DNA from: Saprolegnia diclina VS20
Lineage: Eukaryota
DNA: 20,000 bases
Direction: 5' to 3'
Assembly: GCF_000281045.1 (NCBI RefSeq)
Contig: NW_008246111.1
Location: forward strand, 482,690-502,689
Shown: in pieces, positions 1 to 11,900 of the stretch
Layout of the letters: each line of letters starts with the position of its first letter
Numbering within the stretch: the stretch's first letter is position 1
Program-made: the position numbers and the translations under genes
The notes under the pieces: generated by a model
What the model saw: only the letters and a program-made list of their open reading frames with translations
The model's database searches: none
What the model was told of the DNA's origin: nothing

Positions 1-1
1 T

Positions 2-61
2 GGAGAACAGCGCAACCCATTGTACAACGACGACGTCTTGGCTGTATACCGTGCGCAATAA
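2..61 (+). CDS. Possible 3' end of a gene entering from the left edge (GEQRNPLYNDDVLAVYRAQ*)
   Basis: Open frame from the window edge to TAA at 59-61 with C/G-ending codons like the other genes. Too short to identify. Confidence 0.25.
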   Translation, partial: GEQRNPLYNDDVLAVYRAQ

Positions 62-678
62 AACGCATGCGAGACCGCGCAGAGCGTGCGAAGTATGAAG
101 CCAATTAATTATGTAACCCCCAAGGGCAGACCTGGCGAAGCCGTGCTTGTGCTTCTTGCGATTGCAGCGACATCCATCGTGCGGACGATCGTCGTTGGGA
201 CTGGTGGTCGCACGGTTCGAGTCGGATGTTGCTGTGCTGGGAGGCAAGGCAGTGCACATCGTAAAGTGAAGCTGTGATAGTCATGAAAGAGGGTAGGTCG
301 GAATGACAATCAATCTTCGTCTATCACTCCGAAAAATCCACGGCCAACGAGACTTCCTGTTGAGACTTGCCTGCCCGCAGAAAGCGTGCTTATTCCGCTG
401 GACGATTGACCAAATACGAAAGATTACTCGATAGCTAAGGAACTCCTTCCGGTGCGTGGTCGTTGGTTCTTGCGTGCGAGCTGTGGAACGAGGTTTGTGG
501 CCGCCTTGCTGAAAGCACGACCGCGGATTGTCGTTCTTCTTCGAAGGCACAGCGCCGCACCCCACCATCTTTAAAAGTAAAGAACGTGTTTGTAATTAAC
601 GCCCAAAGTATACATGTCAGTACTATGCATTGGTCGGCCACGCGGGCCATTGTGACGTTGTCATGCGTAAAGCGGCAC

Positions 679-2357
679 TTAAGCAAAATCGCTGGACGGG
701 CTGTTGCACGTGTACGACTTCAAAAGCACCTTCTCCCAGCCCTCGACACCAATGACGCAATCGTTGCGGGCCAGATCGTCAATGATTTGGCGGCACGGCG
801 GCTTGACGACAGCACGGAAGTTCTCCTTGAACGTGTCGGAGTAGTCGAAGACACCACCGAGGCATTCGTTGTAGTAGACGCACAGCATCATCTGCACTTG
901 GTTGTTGACGTCGCTCGGATCCTTGTAGTTCTTTGACGCGAGTGCCGTCGCTTCGGCCATCCAATTGGCTTGCTTCGCGACACACTGTTTCGTGTCGCCC
1001 GACATGCCATACACGGGCGCTTGCGATGGGTAGCCCGTGCTCTCCTCAGCAAGCAAGAGACTGGTCGCCTTGAAACGGTAGCACTGGGTGTTCATGCCCG
1101 CGAGTGTCGTGCCTTCGAACGTGTACTGGTACTGGTGCTTGTCGATGCGGAGCGTATCCGCATAACCGATGTACTGTCGCGGCAGGTCCTTGAAGTAGGT
1201 GTAGAGCGGGTTGTTGTCAAGCTTCCACACCGATGTCATTCGCCCGTCTACAACAATACGCTCGTCACTCCCTGGCCACGGCTGAATTGGGCCTACTTTT
1301 CCCCGAAACTTGCATCATGATGTCGTCCGAGGGCGAGATTGTCTTGCCAACGTAGTTGCGGCAAGACGACCACGTCCGAGAATCTCTCGTCGGGTCTTTG
1401 ATCGCCGCCTTGCGCACGACGCAATCGTAGTAGATGGTGTGCATCGCATCGACCATGGCCTAGCGCTCACGTCAACTATGCGCACAATATTCATCGTTGC
1501 ATACGTGATGGGCGTAGAAGACGGGGTCGGCGGGCGACGCAAACGTGCCCATGACCGAGCTGAGGAAGCCATGCACATTGTCTACACAGCCCGTTAGCCG
1601 GCCATGGTTCGATACATCCGTACTGTGTGCGCCGTATTGGATGCCGGACGAGGCCGTAGCGAGTGTCGGGTTTCCGTTGCCCAGAATACTGTTGTACATG
1701 CTCAGGAGGCTCACCTCCGGCGGGACGGCAACCTTCGACCAGTCGTTGCGGGGCATGCAACCGATGCACTTCTTCGCGTTGAACGCCGCCGTGCTCTCGC
1801 AAAAGTTTTGGGTCATACGCGACGAGACGCAGTTGTCCGACTGGAAAGAAACTCCGCTCACCGCGTACGTGCGTGCACCGTTTCTGCCTACTCAGTTCAT
1901 GGGATGAGGATCACGGAGAAATAGTTCTGTTACCTCGGGGTAGCGAGCCGCCAAAGTCCTTGAGGAGATCGCTGCAGTCGAGCATACTGCGGCACTGCCG
2001 GCCGGCAAAGTTGGCGCCGAGCCGCGGGTAGTCCCAAAATGGAATCGTCACGCAAGCAAACTGCGTACCGAGCGACCGCAACATGTTTTCGTACGCGAGT
2101 AAGAACGCGCGGTGCCAGTAGATGAACATGCACGCGTGGGCTTCGCGCTCGGACGGGGGGTCCATGTGGATCTCGACGAAGCGTTGATGCAGCCCGTTCT
2201 TCATGGCCAAGCTCACAGCGTCGATGTACGTGTCCTTCTCGGTCTGCGAAAACGTGCTCCAGGCCTTGCGCACACGCGGATTAGGGCACTTGACCGTCGA
2301 TTGGCCCGCAACGAAGGCCACAAGTGCGAGAAGAGGCCACAGATACAGCAGACGCAT
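679..2357 (-). CDS. Secreted tyrosinase-like (type-3 copper) protein, about 498 aa, 5 exons: 2357-1934, 1887-1624, 1581-1505, 1459-1297, 1247-679
   Basis: Signal peptide MRLLYLWPLLALVAFVAG, then C-x3-RVRKAW. CuA region FVEIH...EAHACMFIYWHRAFLLAYENMLR and CVTIPFWD. CuB region GAHNNVH (after splicing)...MGTFASPADPVFYAHHAMVD. GT-AG introns 1888-1933, 1582-1623, 1460-1504 and 1248-1296 join the ORF-track pieces in frame. Confidence 0.9.
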
Positions 2358-4302
2358 GTCGCTCGCGGCGTCAATTTCAATATGCTCATGGACGAAAACG
2401 AGGTGGCACAGAAGCTCGAAATCGAAGACAAGCCGACGGTTGGCAGCAGCGACCGCATGATATGCTTCCGTGGAACAACCGCCACCAACGTTGGGTTTCC
2501 GTGGCTACGGCCCTGGCTCGAAGAGCAAGTTGCAGCAAGGACGACGGAGGCTGCTTCATTTTTTCAATTTATGCAGTGTACGTACTCCCATTAGATCCAA
2601 GTGGATCCGTGTGATGCATACTTATGACGTGATGCATGCTTGCCAAGGGATTGTGCCTCATTCAGTGGACACGATAGAGCATATCAACACGGCGCTTTCT
2701 ACCAGTCTGTTCGTGCCCCGTATACTTAAGTTATTGGCACCAACAATCGTTCGGTGCCTAAAAGAACATGCTCATACACCGTTAACGTTAGCGGTATTGT
2801 GACAGGTGGTCATTGATGCCAACGGTGATGGGCAGGTCCATCCTTTCAGTGTCATGCCTCGTCTACGGCTCAACTGTTGCACGAAGTGTTCACCGTGTAA
2901 CCCGCAGTGCAATCACCAAGGGCGACAACCACCAAGGCAATTTACACTAATCACAACTCCTTTCGCGTACCCACAGAATAATACATGTTCCCACAAAGGG
3001 CTTTGCCCAAAACGCACATCAAGAACTTTTGCCCGAGTTCACGCGCGGTGGTGGATTGCATTTTATGCTGGTACTAGCACCGGGAGAGCTATCGGCAGCA
3101 AAACCAAGGTGACGCTTTTCTCTTGGGTCTACTTGAAGTGCTAGAAGTGCTAGGGATGGCGCTCCAATGCATACAAACAGCATTTGCGTTTGAAATTGGG
3201 TGCGGTGCAGCCCCACCCCTCGGACACAAAAACAATACTACTTCAAGAAGCAGGATGTCCTGCTTCATGTGGTCGTATCGCTACGTATTGGCCCGAGAAG
3301 ACAGTTCAATTGGATTTGAATGTTCGCTCTGAGGACACATGCCGATGACCGGAGACGAGATGCTTTAGGATAGTTACCTCTGATGTACGTTAAATCGTTC
3401 TATGAGAGTCCTAAAAGCCCTTGTTCCTGCATCTACCGAGATATTCCATGATCCCAGCGGCTTGTATTCTCGAACGATCGTTCGAGTGTTGCTCCAAACC
3501 TTCACTTCGTTTCTATCCCTCAATACAAATATCAAGTATGCCGACATAACGACCAAAGAAACCTAATTGCATCACGTCCTGCACCTCACTGTCGTGCCTG
3601 CTTTTGCCTCGGAGCCACATCTTTTCGACGAATCAAAAGTGCCCATTGGTTAGATTACAGCCAATCGTCGATGCGAGTGTGACAAAGCATGGGGTGCATT
3701 CACAAAATGACGCTGATGTGTAAACAGCCAGTGGGTGTCGATTTCGGCAGCGAGGACTTATCCGAATTCTATATGAGCCCCAAACAACATGCTTTCCAAC
3801 GCATGCCTCTGTTTGGCAAGGTGCCGGTACACTCTAGCATTCAAGCCATAAAGCAGAGTTTGGCTTTCTGCCACCCGACCGCAACAAGCAACTTTTCTTT
3901 CATTACCAAGCTTCTCAGTTGGCAAAGCTCGCTTGCTCATTTTCATCCCGTTATAACGAACAGAAACAAAGACTGTGGAGTCTTTATCGTCACGAGGGCC
4001 AGTCCATAAAGTATTCCCGGGATGCAGCTACTGGCGAGTATAGCCCCTAGCACAATGCCGTGTAAATACTTGCGGAGAATCACTGGCCAATACAAGTTTC
4101 CAATTTGAATATGCTGGTAAGCAAGCTCGTACTATCAGCAATCGGCAGGATCCCTGTTAGTTTAGGGATTTCCGCTGTTCCCAAATGTCCGAATTTCGCT
4201 GGGAGAATTCGAAGGCGGATCCGGATAGCTATATCCGGTACTCGACTAAGATTGGGCGTGTGGTCGGCATTTGCACTTTTGCGTTGCCAACCTCAGTTGA
4301 AC

Positions 4303-5497
4303 ATGCTCGCCCGCTCGATCTCCGCCCGCTTCTTCAGCGCTGCCGCTGCCGGCAAGAAGGTACCATTGGTGGACGATGGACATGGAACTCATCTCGGATT
4401 GCGTAGGTTGCCGTCCTCGGCGCCGCCGGTGGCATTGGCCAGCCCATGAGCTTGTTGCTCAAGGTACGCATGCTAACTGTGAAGCTACGTACGCTGACAT
4501 AGCAATGATAGGACTCGGACCACATCTCGCACTTGTCGCTTTTTGATGTCGTCAACACGCCTGGTGTGGCCGCTGATGTCTCGCACTGCAACACGCGCGC
4601 TACGGTCACGGGCGTCGCCGGCATGGAGAACATCGAGGAGGCGCTCACGGGCATGGACGTCGTCGTCATCCCCGCTGGTGTCCCGCGCAAGCCCGGCATG
4701 ACGCGTGACGACTTGTTCAACACCAACGCGTCGATCGTCCAGTCGTTGGCGTCTGCGTGCGCCAAGTACTGCCCGGAGGCCATGATGCTCATCATCGCCA
4801 ACCCGGTCAACTCGACGGTCCCGATTGTCGCCGAGACGTTCAAGAAGGCGGGTGTCTACAACCCCAAGCGCCTTTTCGGTGTGACCACGTTGGACGTTGT
4901 CCGCGCCAACACGTTCGTCGGCCAGTCGCAGGGCTGGAACCCGCGCACGACCAACGTCACGGTCATCGGCGGCCACGCCGGCACCACCATCTTGCCGCTC
5001 CTCTCGCACCTCAAGCTCGACCGCCAGTGGTCGGACGATGAGCTCCATGCCTTGATCAAGCGCATTCAGTTCGGCGGTGATGAGGTTGTCCAGGCCAAGA
5101 ACGGCGCTGGCTCGGCCACGCTCTCCATGGCGTACGCGGGTGCTCGCTTCACGACGTATGCCTCTTTAGTACATGGCAACACGAACACTAATGGTGGCTT
5201 CATCTAGGCGCCTCTTGGACGCCATGACCGGCGCCAAGGATGTCGTCGAGTGCTCGTACACGCAGAACGACGTCACGAGCCTCCCGTTCTTCTCGACGCC
5301 CGTCACGCTCGGCCCCAACGGTGTCGAGAAGGTGCACCACTTTGGCACGTTGAACGCTGTTGAGCAGGCCAACTTCGACGCCATGTTGCCTGGTACGTTG
5401 CGTGCCTTTAATCGAGGGACACTGACTAAAATGTGCTGCTTTTGTAGACTTGGAGAAGCAGATCGCCAAGGGTGTCTCGTTCGTCAACAAGAACTAA
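4303..5497 (+). CDS. MDH2: Mitochondrial NAD-dependent malate dehydrogenase, about 330 aa, 5 exons: 4303-4359, 4407-4463, 4512-5155, 5208-5392, 5448-5497
   Basis: Transit-peptide-like [17 protein letters not shown]. Motifs [66 protein letters not shown] and GSATLSMA. Four GT-AG introns of 47, 48, 52 and 55 nt restore a continuous frame. Confidence 0.97.
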
Positions 5498-5733
5498 GCG
5501 ACTTGAATACACGAGACCTTTGCCTTGATCCATAAATGAGTGGCGAAGTGAACTGCCGAGCTCAACCTTCTGCAGCCGATTCTACTCGAGGAGGCGCTGC
5601 GCTTCTGGACGGTATACACACAGCGCCGTTGTGCTGCTTAAAATCGGTGTTGTTTTGTGAAACTGTGAGACCGCCATTTCAGCGTTTCCCGTTTTAGCCG
5701 CAAGAGCAAACAGCGGCAGCCATCCTTGCACCG

Positions 5734-8601
5734 ATGGCGAGCCCGGCGACGGTCGAGCAAGATGTCCTGGCTGTCGACATTGGTAGCATTGACATGAGTA
5801 CCGTGACTGGACTCCAGACGACCGCGACGACGAGTCGCCTTCCGCTGGCGATGGGGCCTCGCCGCGTACTAGTACCAGACTTTGGACGGACGAGCCTGCG
5901 TCGGCGCAGTGGCGAGGCCTCGGCCCACGTGAGCCGCCGCATATCCGAAATTGCACGGCAGGCCGGTTCGCTCGGGCGCAGTGCGTTTACGCTCCGGCGC
6001 ATCTCGATGGTGTCGTCGACGGACCTCAAGATCGACGCCCTCACGTCACGCGAGGTTGCGACGACATACGTGCTGTTCCACCTCGCGCTTGCGCTCGGGA
6101 TGCTTCTTAGTCTCACAACTGTGCTCTTCTGGCTCAACTCGGACAACAGCGCGAGTGTCGCCGCCGCGGGCGAAGGGCTCTGGTTCGTCATCAGCATCGG
6201 CCACTACGCGAGCTATGTCTTCATCTCGGTTGCTTGCGGTGTCTTTGCGCGCCGTATTTACGTCCTTCCCGCGCGCCAGCCCGTTCAGGAGACAATGGCG
6301 TACATTGCAAGCACGTATGGCGTCATCACGCTTGGCGAGTTCATCGTAGAAGCATCACTCTCTGTGCGCGCCGGCCACGTGTGGAGCACGTGCCACGGCA
6401 GTGGCGACGTCGAGCCCGTGAGCTTGGTCGTTCGCAACGTCCTCAACGCCATCCAGGCTACGGTCTTCTACGTTGTGCTCACAAAGGTCTGCAGCTGCTT
6501 CCGCGTGAGCGAGGCCACGCACCACGCAACCCGAGTCACAGACATTGGAACATCGGCCACCATGTTCCTCGTCTACATCGGGCTCCGTGTCTACCTCGGC
6601 GTGGTCAACGGCATCATCCTGGACTACGTGCCCATGACCAACGCCATCACGACAATTCGGCTCCGGTACTTGGAGGAAGGCAGCGCGACCGTGACACCAC
6701 CGCTCCGCGTCGTGACAGCAACCTTGGTCGTGACAGCGTGCGACGTTGGCTTCTCGCTCTGGGCGTGGGCCGAGATTGCAGCCGTGCGCCGGTCGTTCCG
6801 CGAGACTTTCGTGCGCAACCTCTCCAAGCTCCTCATCGCTTTCAACTTTTTCATGTACTACAACGCACAGATGATCTTGGTACTCGTCCTGAGCGGCCAC
6901 CTCGTCGCATGGCTCCTCCCCATCAACTACTACAGCGCCGACGGTACTGCGCTTCGCTGCACGGGCAGCCTCGCCGTCACGTTCGGACTCAAGCTCACCA
7001 TCGCAGGCTGGCTCGTCACGGCCATGTGAGATGCTCTTTCCAATCGTTGTGCTTGGATTGAAGTGGTGTGATAGGTACGCCTGCCTGCCGACGGACGCCG
7101 TCGGTCTTCGCGGTTGGTTTGTATCGTCGCCCAACGCGCTCGCGGCCCCGACGCACCGCATTCGGTACTTTTGCCACGCCTCGGACGTGCACCAAACCGC
7201 CAACTTTCGCCTCGTCGACATGCTCCAGAACACGCTCGTGATCGAGCCGCGCCATTTTGTGCTGGAGGACCAGATCGAGATGTTCAATTTTGCATACCTT
7301 GCGTACGCGTGTGGCAACAAGGACTACTCGCAGGACTTTCTGCATCTCCACAGGATGATTGGCAGCGCCGAGTTTGCGCTGGCAGACCACCTCCACGACC
7401 CGAAGAGCGACACGCACTGCCTCATTGCGCACTCGACCGACAAGATCATCGTCGCCTTCCGCGGCTCGATGAGCTGGAAAAACTACAAGACGGACCTCAA
7501 TGCCTCCAAGCACATGTGTGTCGACTACAACTTGCTTCCGGCCGCGAGCGACGACAAGAGGCCGCGCTTCGTGCCACACAACATCTCTCGCCCCAACTTT
7601 TGCAAAGCTAAGACGCCGTGGGTCCACGGTGGCTTTTGGGACGCGTACCAATCCGTAGCCGACCGCGTCCTCGCTCGCCTCGAAACAATGAACGAAGAAA
7701 ACCCGCGCAGCATGTACTTTACCGGTCATAGTCTTGGCGGTGCGCTCGCCACGCTCTGCAGTCTCGACGTGGCCTTCAAGTACGGTGCGTCGCGCGTCGC
7801 GTGCACAACCTTTGGGTGTCCGCGCGTCGGCGGCAATGCGTACAAGCGCGTCTACAACGCCCGTGTACCGGCCAACTTTCGCTTCGTGAACGCCCAGGAC
7901 CCCGTGTGCCACACGCCGGTGCATTTTATTATCCATTATGATGAGCTCTCACAGTAATGTAGCTGCGGACACTGTGGGACTCGTTCACTGAAGTCGGCAC
8001 GACCGTCGTCCTCGATCGGCTTGGGAACCTGGTTGTGGACCCAAACCTGCTCGAGTACGACTTACTGAACCGCGGCATTTCGGGCGATGCGCACCGCCTC
8101 ACGTCGTACCAAATGGCGCTCTTTCTGTGGTGCAAACGAGCCCACCCGCGGCGGTTCGAGCCCAAGTTCTGGTCGCACTCGCTCCAGAAGCTGCGCGAAC
8201 ACCACGGCCACGTGCCCGAGGTGCTGCACTACCTGCACAAGCGATCGCTCTTTGTACGCACAGCCAATGACGCCGACGACGACCGAGTCTTGACGGAAAT
8301 CACGACGACTGTGCTCCCCACGCGCAAGACGCTCGGGCTGTTCCAGCGCCCCGTGATTTGCTTTGCGACGAACGACACGATCGAGGCCCTTGTCGCCGCG
8401 CACCTCGTGCCCTCCGAAGCCGACGCCGTCGAGGTCGGCCGCGTCCTGCTTGTGAAAGGCGCTATCCACATGGTCGACGACCCCCAAGTGTTTCGGCACG
8501 ATGCGTACTTTACGATTGTCAAGCGGCCAGCGAAAGTGGCCCCCGCCGAGAGTCGCTCGACAATGCCAGAGAAAACGACCGTGTCCTCCAACGATGCATG
8601 A
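5734..8601 (+). CDS. Multi-pass membrane class-3 lipase (DAG-lipase-like) with putative C-terminal DEP domain, about 924 aa, 3 exons: 5734-7025, 7075-7918, 7963-8601
   Basis: Exon 1 has about 8-9 hydrophobic segments. Lipase_3 motifs IIVAFRGS, VHGGF, YFTGHSLGGALA (GHSLGG at 7724-7741), TFGCPRVG, RFVNAQDPV and a distal His (DAHRLTSY). Introns 7026-7074 and 7919-7962 join three ORFs in frame. Confidence 0.88.
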
Positions 8602-8724
8602 GAGATGAAGTATCAAACTATCAACGGTTGTCGCTCCTTCGTCAAACCAAGAACAGGCCAGTGTATAAAACAGTGCTCAAACACTGTTTGGACAACAAAC
8701 GGGCGTTTTCTGGCCCCGTTAATG

Positions 8725-8884
8725 ATTGGTCAAAATAAAGGAATATCCGCGAATCCAATACCCGCGACGAATTTTAATAGTGGGTACCGCCGAAAGTCTT
8801 TTAAAATGTATTGCTGCGCGAGGGGCTCGCAATTAAATACGAGCGGTTTCCGGCGCGAATAAAAAACCCGAGCTTGGCGCGAAG
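8725..8884 (+). promoter_or_regulatory. Putative pol alpha promoter with E2F-like sites and CCAAT boxes
   Basis: TTGGCGCGAA at 8874-8883, GCGCGAAT at 8853-8860 and CCGCGAAT at 8747-8754. ATTGG at 8725-8729 and CCAAT at 8755-8759. All lie within 200 bp of the ATG at 8916. Confidence 0.45.
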
Positions 8885-8915
8885 CCCATTTGCGGAGTTT
8901 GTGGTTTTGCCAAGC

Positions 8916-11900
8916 ATGTCCCGACGGTCCGCGCGCAGCTCCGCGGGTGGCAGCCGCAGCCAGGCGCTGAGCGAGATCCGCCGCCTGCGCGACGCCGTCG
9001 TTGGCGACGACGAAGACAAGAAGGTCCGGCGCATCGACACGTACAACGCGGCCGAGTCCAGCATCTACCAGGAGGTGACCGAGGAAGAGTACAACGAGCT
9101 GGTCCGGAAGCGCCGCGAAGAGCTGCCCTTTGTCGAGGACGATGAAGGTGGCATGGGCTACTATGACGACGGCGAGGAGCAGTACTTTGACGCCGACCCT
9201 GACGGCGACGAAGAGATGGTCGACGACGCCGACACGGACGTCTCCGGCAAGAAGCGCCCCAACACGGGCGCCCTCTCGAGCGCCTATGTGAAGCGCGCCA
9301 AAAAGATTCAACGCGCAAAACTCGGCGCTGGTGACCAAAAGATCACGAGCATGTTCTTCTCCAAGCCAGGAGGCGCCCCAGAGGTCAAGGCTGCGTCCAA
9401 GCCTAAGCACGTCAAGCGCGGTAGCGAATTATGCATTCTTCGCTGTCGGCTTAGTATTCATCTTGTGTAGATATTGATCTCGATAGCATGCTCGATGACC
9501 TGACGAGCAACCCCATGGAGAAGACGCTGCCGCGGTCTGTCCGCACATTCCCCACCGCACCAACGCCATTCGCACGCCCGGCAAAGCCTGCGACTCGCAG
9601 TCCTGCATTTTCCGCGCCTACGTCGCATGCGCGAAGCAAACCAAATGACGCGGTCAACGAGCATGACGACAACCTCGATGCGTTCGATGACACTGGATAC
9701 GATTACGACGGTGGCGACAACGACTCGATCGGTGAAGAGGAGCCCATGTCGAGCGAGCCCGCGCTGGCACCTATTGTCGAAGACGAAGTCGTCGCCGAGG
9801 TTTTCAACGAAGCACCTCTCCCAGAGCGCAGCTTGACGAAGCGCGAGATGCTCCTGAAGAAGGTGGAAAACATCCAAACAATCAAAATCTCATGTGCGAT
9901 CTAGGCCCGCGAGAACCGTATTGAAGCGTCCGTTGGTGCCGCAAAAGCCATGGTCAAGCAAGAACCCGAACCTCTCGTCGAGGCCCCGGCCGCGCCAGTT
10001 CCGGCCATCGATCTTGCAGTGCCTTCAAACGAAGTCAACGAGTGGTGGAGTCGCAGCGATGCACCTGACACGGTGGATGTCACGGAAGCCAACGCCTCGA
10101 ATTCCCATCTCGAGGCTGCAACGGACGAGCTTCACATGTTTTGGATCGACGTCGTGGAAGTCCGTGACCGCCCTGGAAAGCTCTACGTCATCGGCAAGGT
10201 AGGCACTTGGATTCGCCATCAAAAGCAAGAGTTTGAACGTGTGACGATAGACCAAGGATGGTGATGCGCTCAAGAGCTGCTGCGTCGTCGTCAACAACCT
10301 CCAACGCTACCTCTACGTCGTGCCCAAGGTCCCGGACAACCTCAAGAGCTCGTACCCGACGATGGCAGACCTACCGAAAGACGAGCAACAGGCGCTTTGG
10401 ATGACGATGCATCGCGAAATCAGCGCGCTCCTCATGCCGTCCATCATCAAAGAGCGCAAGGACCAGCAAGAGTTCCGCACCAAGCTCGTCGAGCGCAGGT
10501 GCGTCTACACGATTCATTTGCAAATCTGAATCACAAGTAGCTATGCATTTGAGCTTCCGGACGTACCTCGGGGCAAGAATGTTTACCTCAAAGTCAAGTA
10601 CCCGGCCAAGTACGGAGTGCCATCGCCGGACGTATGCCAGAAGGGTGGGTCGTCGTTCTCGCGCATCATTGGTGCCACCGTGCGTCCACTCGAGACGTTC
10701 CTCATCCGCCGAAAGCTCCTCGGGCCCTCGTGGGTGCGTGTCGCGGGTGCGCAACGGGTCGTCCAGAACCAAAATAGCTACTGCAAGGTCGAATATGAAG
10801 CCCCGAGCCCTTGCGCCATCTCGACGCTCATGGGGCTGCCGGCGCCGCCGCTCACCGTCATGAGTCTCAGTTTGAAGACGTGCTGCAACCCGCACTCGCA
10901 CAAGCACGAGGTTGTCGCGTTCTCTGCCATCACGGAGAGCAACGTAAACCCGGAGGGCACAGTCACGAAGAAGAGCCAAATCTCGCACTTCTCTGGCATT
11001 CGCCCGTTCATGAGCGACAAGTTCCCGGACGGCTACGCCCAGGCTGCGCAGAAGAACGAACGATTCCGCGCGCCGCAGTGCTTAAGCCTCGAGATGAGCG
11101 AAAAGGCGCTTCTCAGCTTCTTCCTCGCGCGAGTCCAGCGGGAGGACCCGGATCTGATCGTGGGCCACAACTTGCACGGGTATACGCTTGACGTTTTGCT
11201 CTCACGCATGGACAACTACAAGCTCGGAGGGTCGTGGTCGCGCCTCACGCGGCTTCGGCGCGGGATGCTCATGCCCATGAACGCTGGCGAGGGCTGGAAC
11301 GAGTACCGTCTTGATGACATGTCCAATGGGCGGCTATTTTGCGACACGTTCGTCGCTGCCAAGGAGCTTTTGACGTCGCAATCGACCTACTCGCTCACAC
11401 ACCTTGTCGCGACGCAGCTTCAGAAGACCCGGGTTGAAGTCGAGATGACTGACCTGCCGTCGATCCTCACGTCGAGCGCTGAGAACTTTGTCAAGCTGCT
11501 GCAACACACACTCGATGACGCCATGTTTGTGCTGCAGCTCATGCACAAACTTGAGGTGCTCCCGCTCTCTAAGCAGCTTGCGAACCTCTGCGGGTACCTC
11601 TGGAGCCGAACGCTGATGGCCAACAAGCGCGCTGAGCGCATCGAATACCTCCTCTTGCACGAATTTGACGTCTCGAAGCACAAGTTCATCGTGCCGGAAA
11701 AGTTCAAGGCCGAGAACAAGGCCAAGTCCAAGAAGCGTCGCGAGGCTGCGGGGTACGCGGGCGGCATGGTCTTTGCGCCGAAGAAGGGTCTGTACGACAA
11801 CTTTGTCGTGCTCCTCGATTTCAACTCGCTCTATCCGAGCATCATCCGCGAGTACAACATTTGTTTCACGACCGTTGAGCGCAACTTGCTCGAGGCATCA

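Noticed and set aside
100..568. Possible small spliced minus-strand gene (MVGCGAVPSKKND...TTTHRKEFLSY...)
   Set aside because: There is a plausible ATG and acceptor, but I could not build one convincing exon model or recognise a family. It needs RNA-seq.
463..2614. Plus-strand ORFs overlapping the tyrosinase
   Set aside because: Antisense shadow frames of GC-rich coding sequence with no motifs.
3469..3486. 18-bp perfect palindrome ctcgaacgatcgttcgag
   Set aside because: Isolated and without context. One palindrome of this size in 20 kb is not improbable enough.
2400..4300. Short ORFs in the 1.9-kb gap between the divergent tyrosinase and MDH genes
   Set aside because: No recognisable motifs and no coding-type codon bias, so treated as intergenic.
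6355..7936. Long minus-strand ORFs (321 and 306 aa)
   Set aside because: Shadow frames of the lipase gene.
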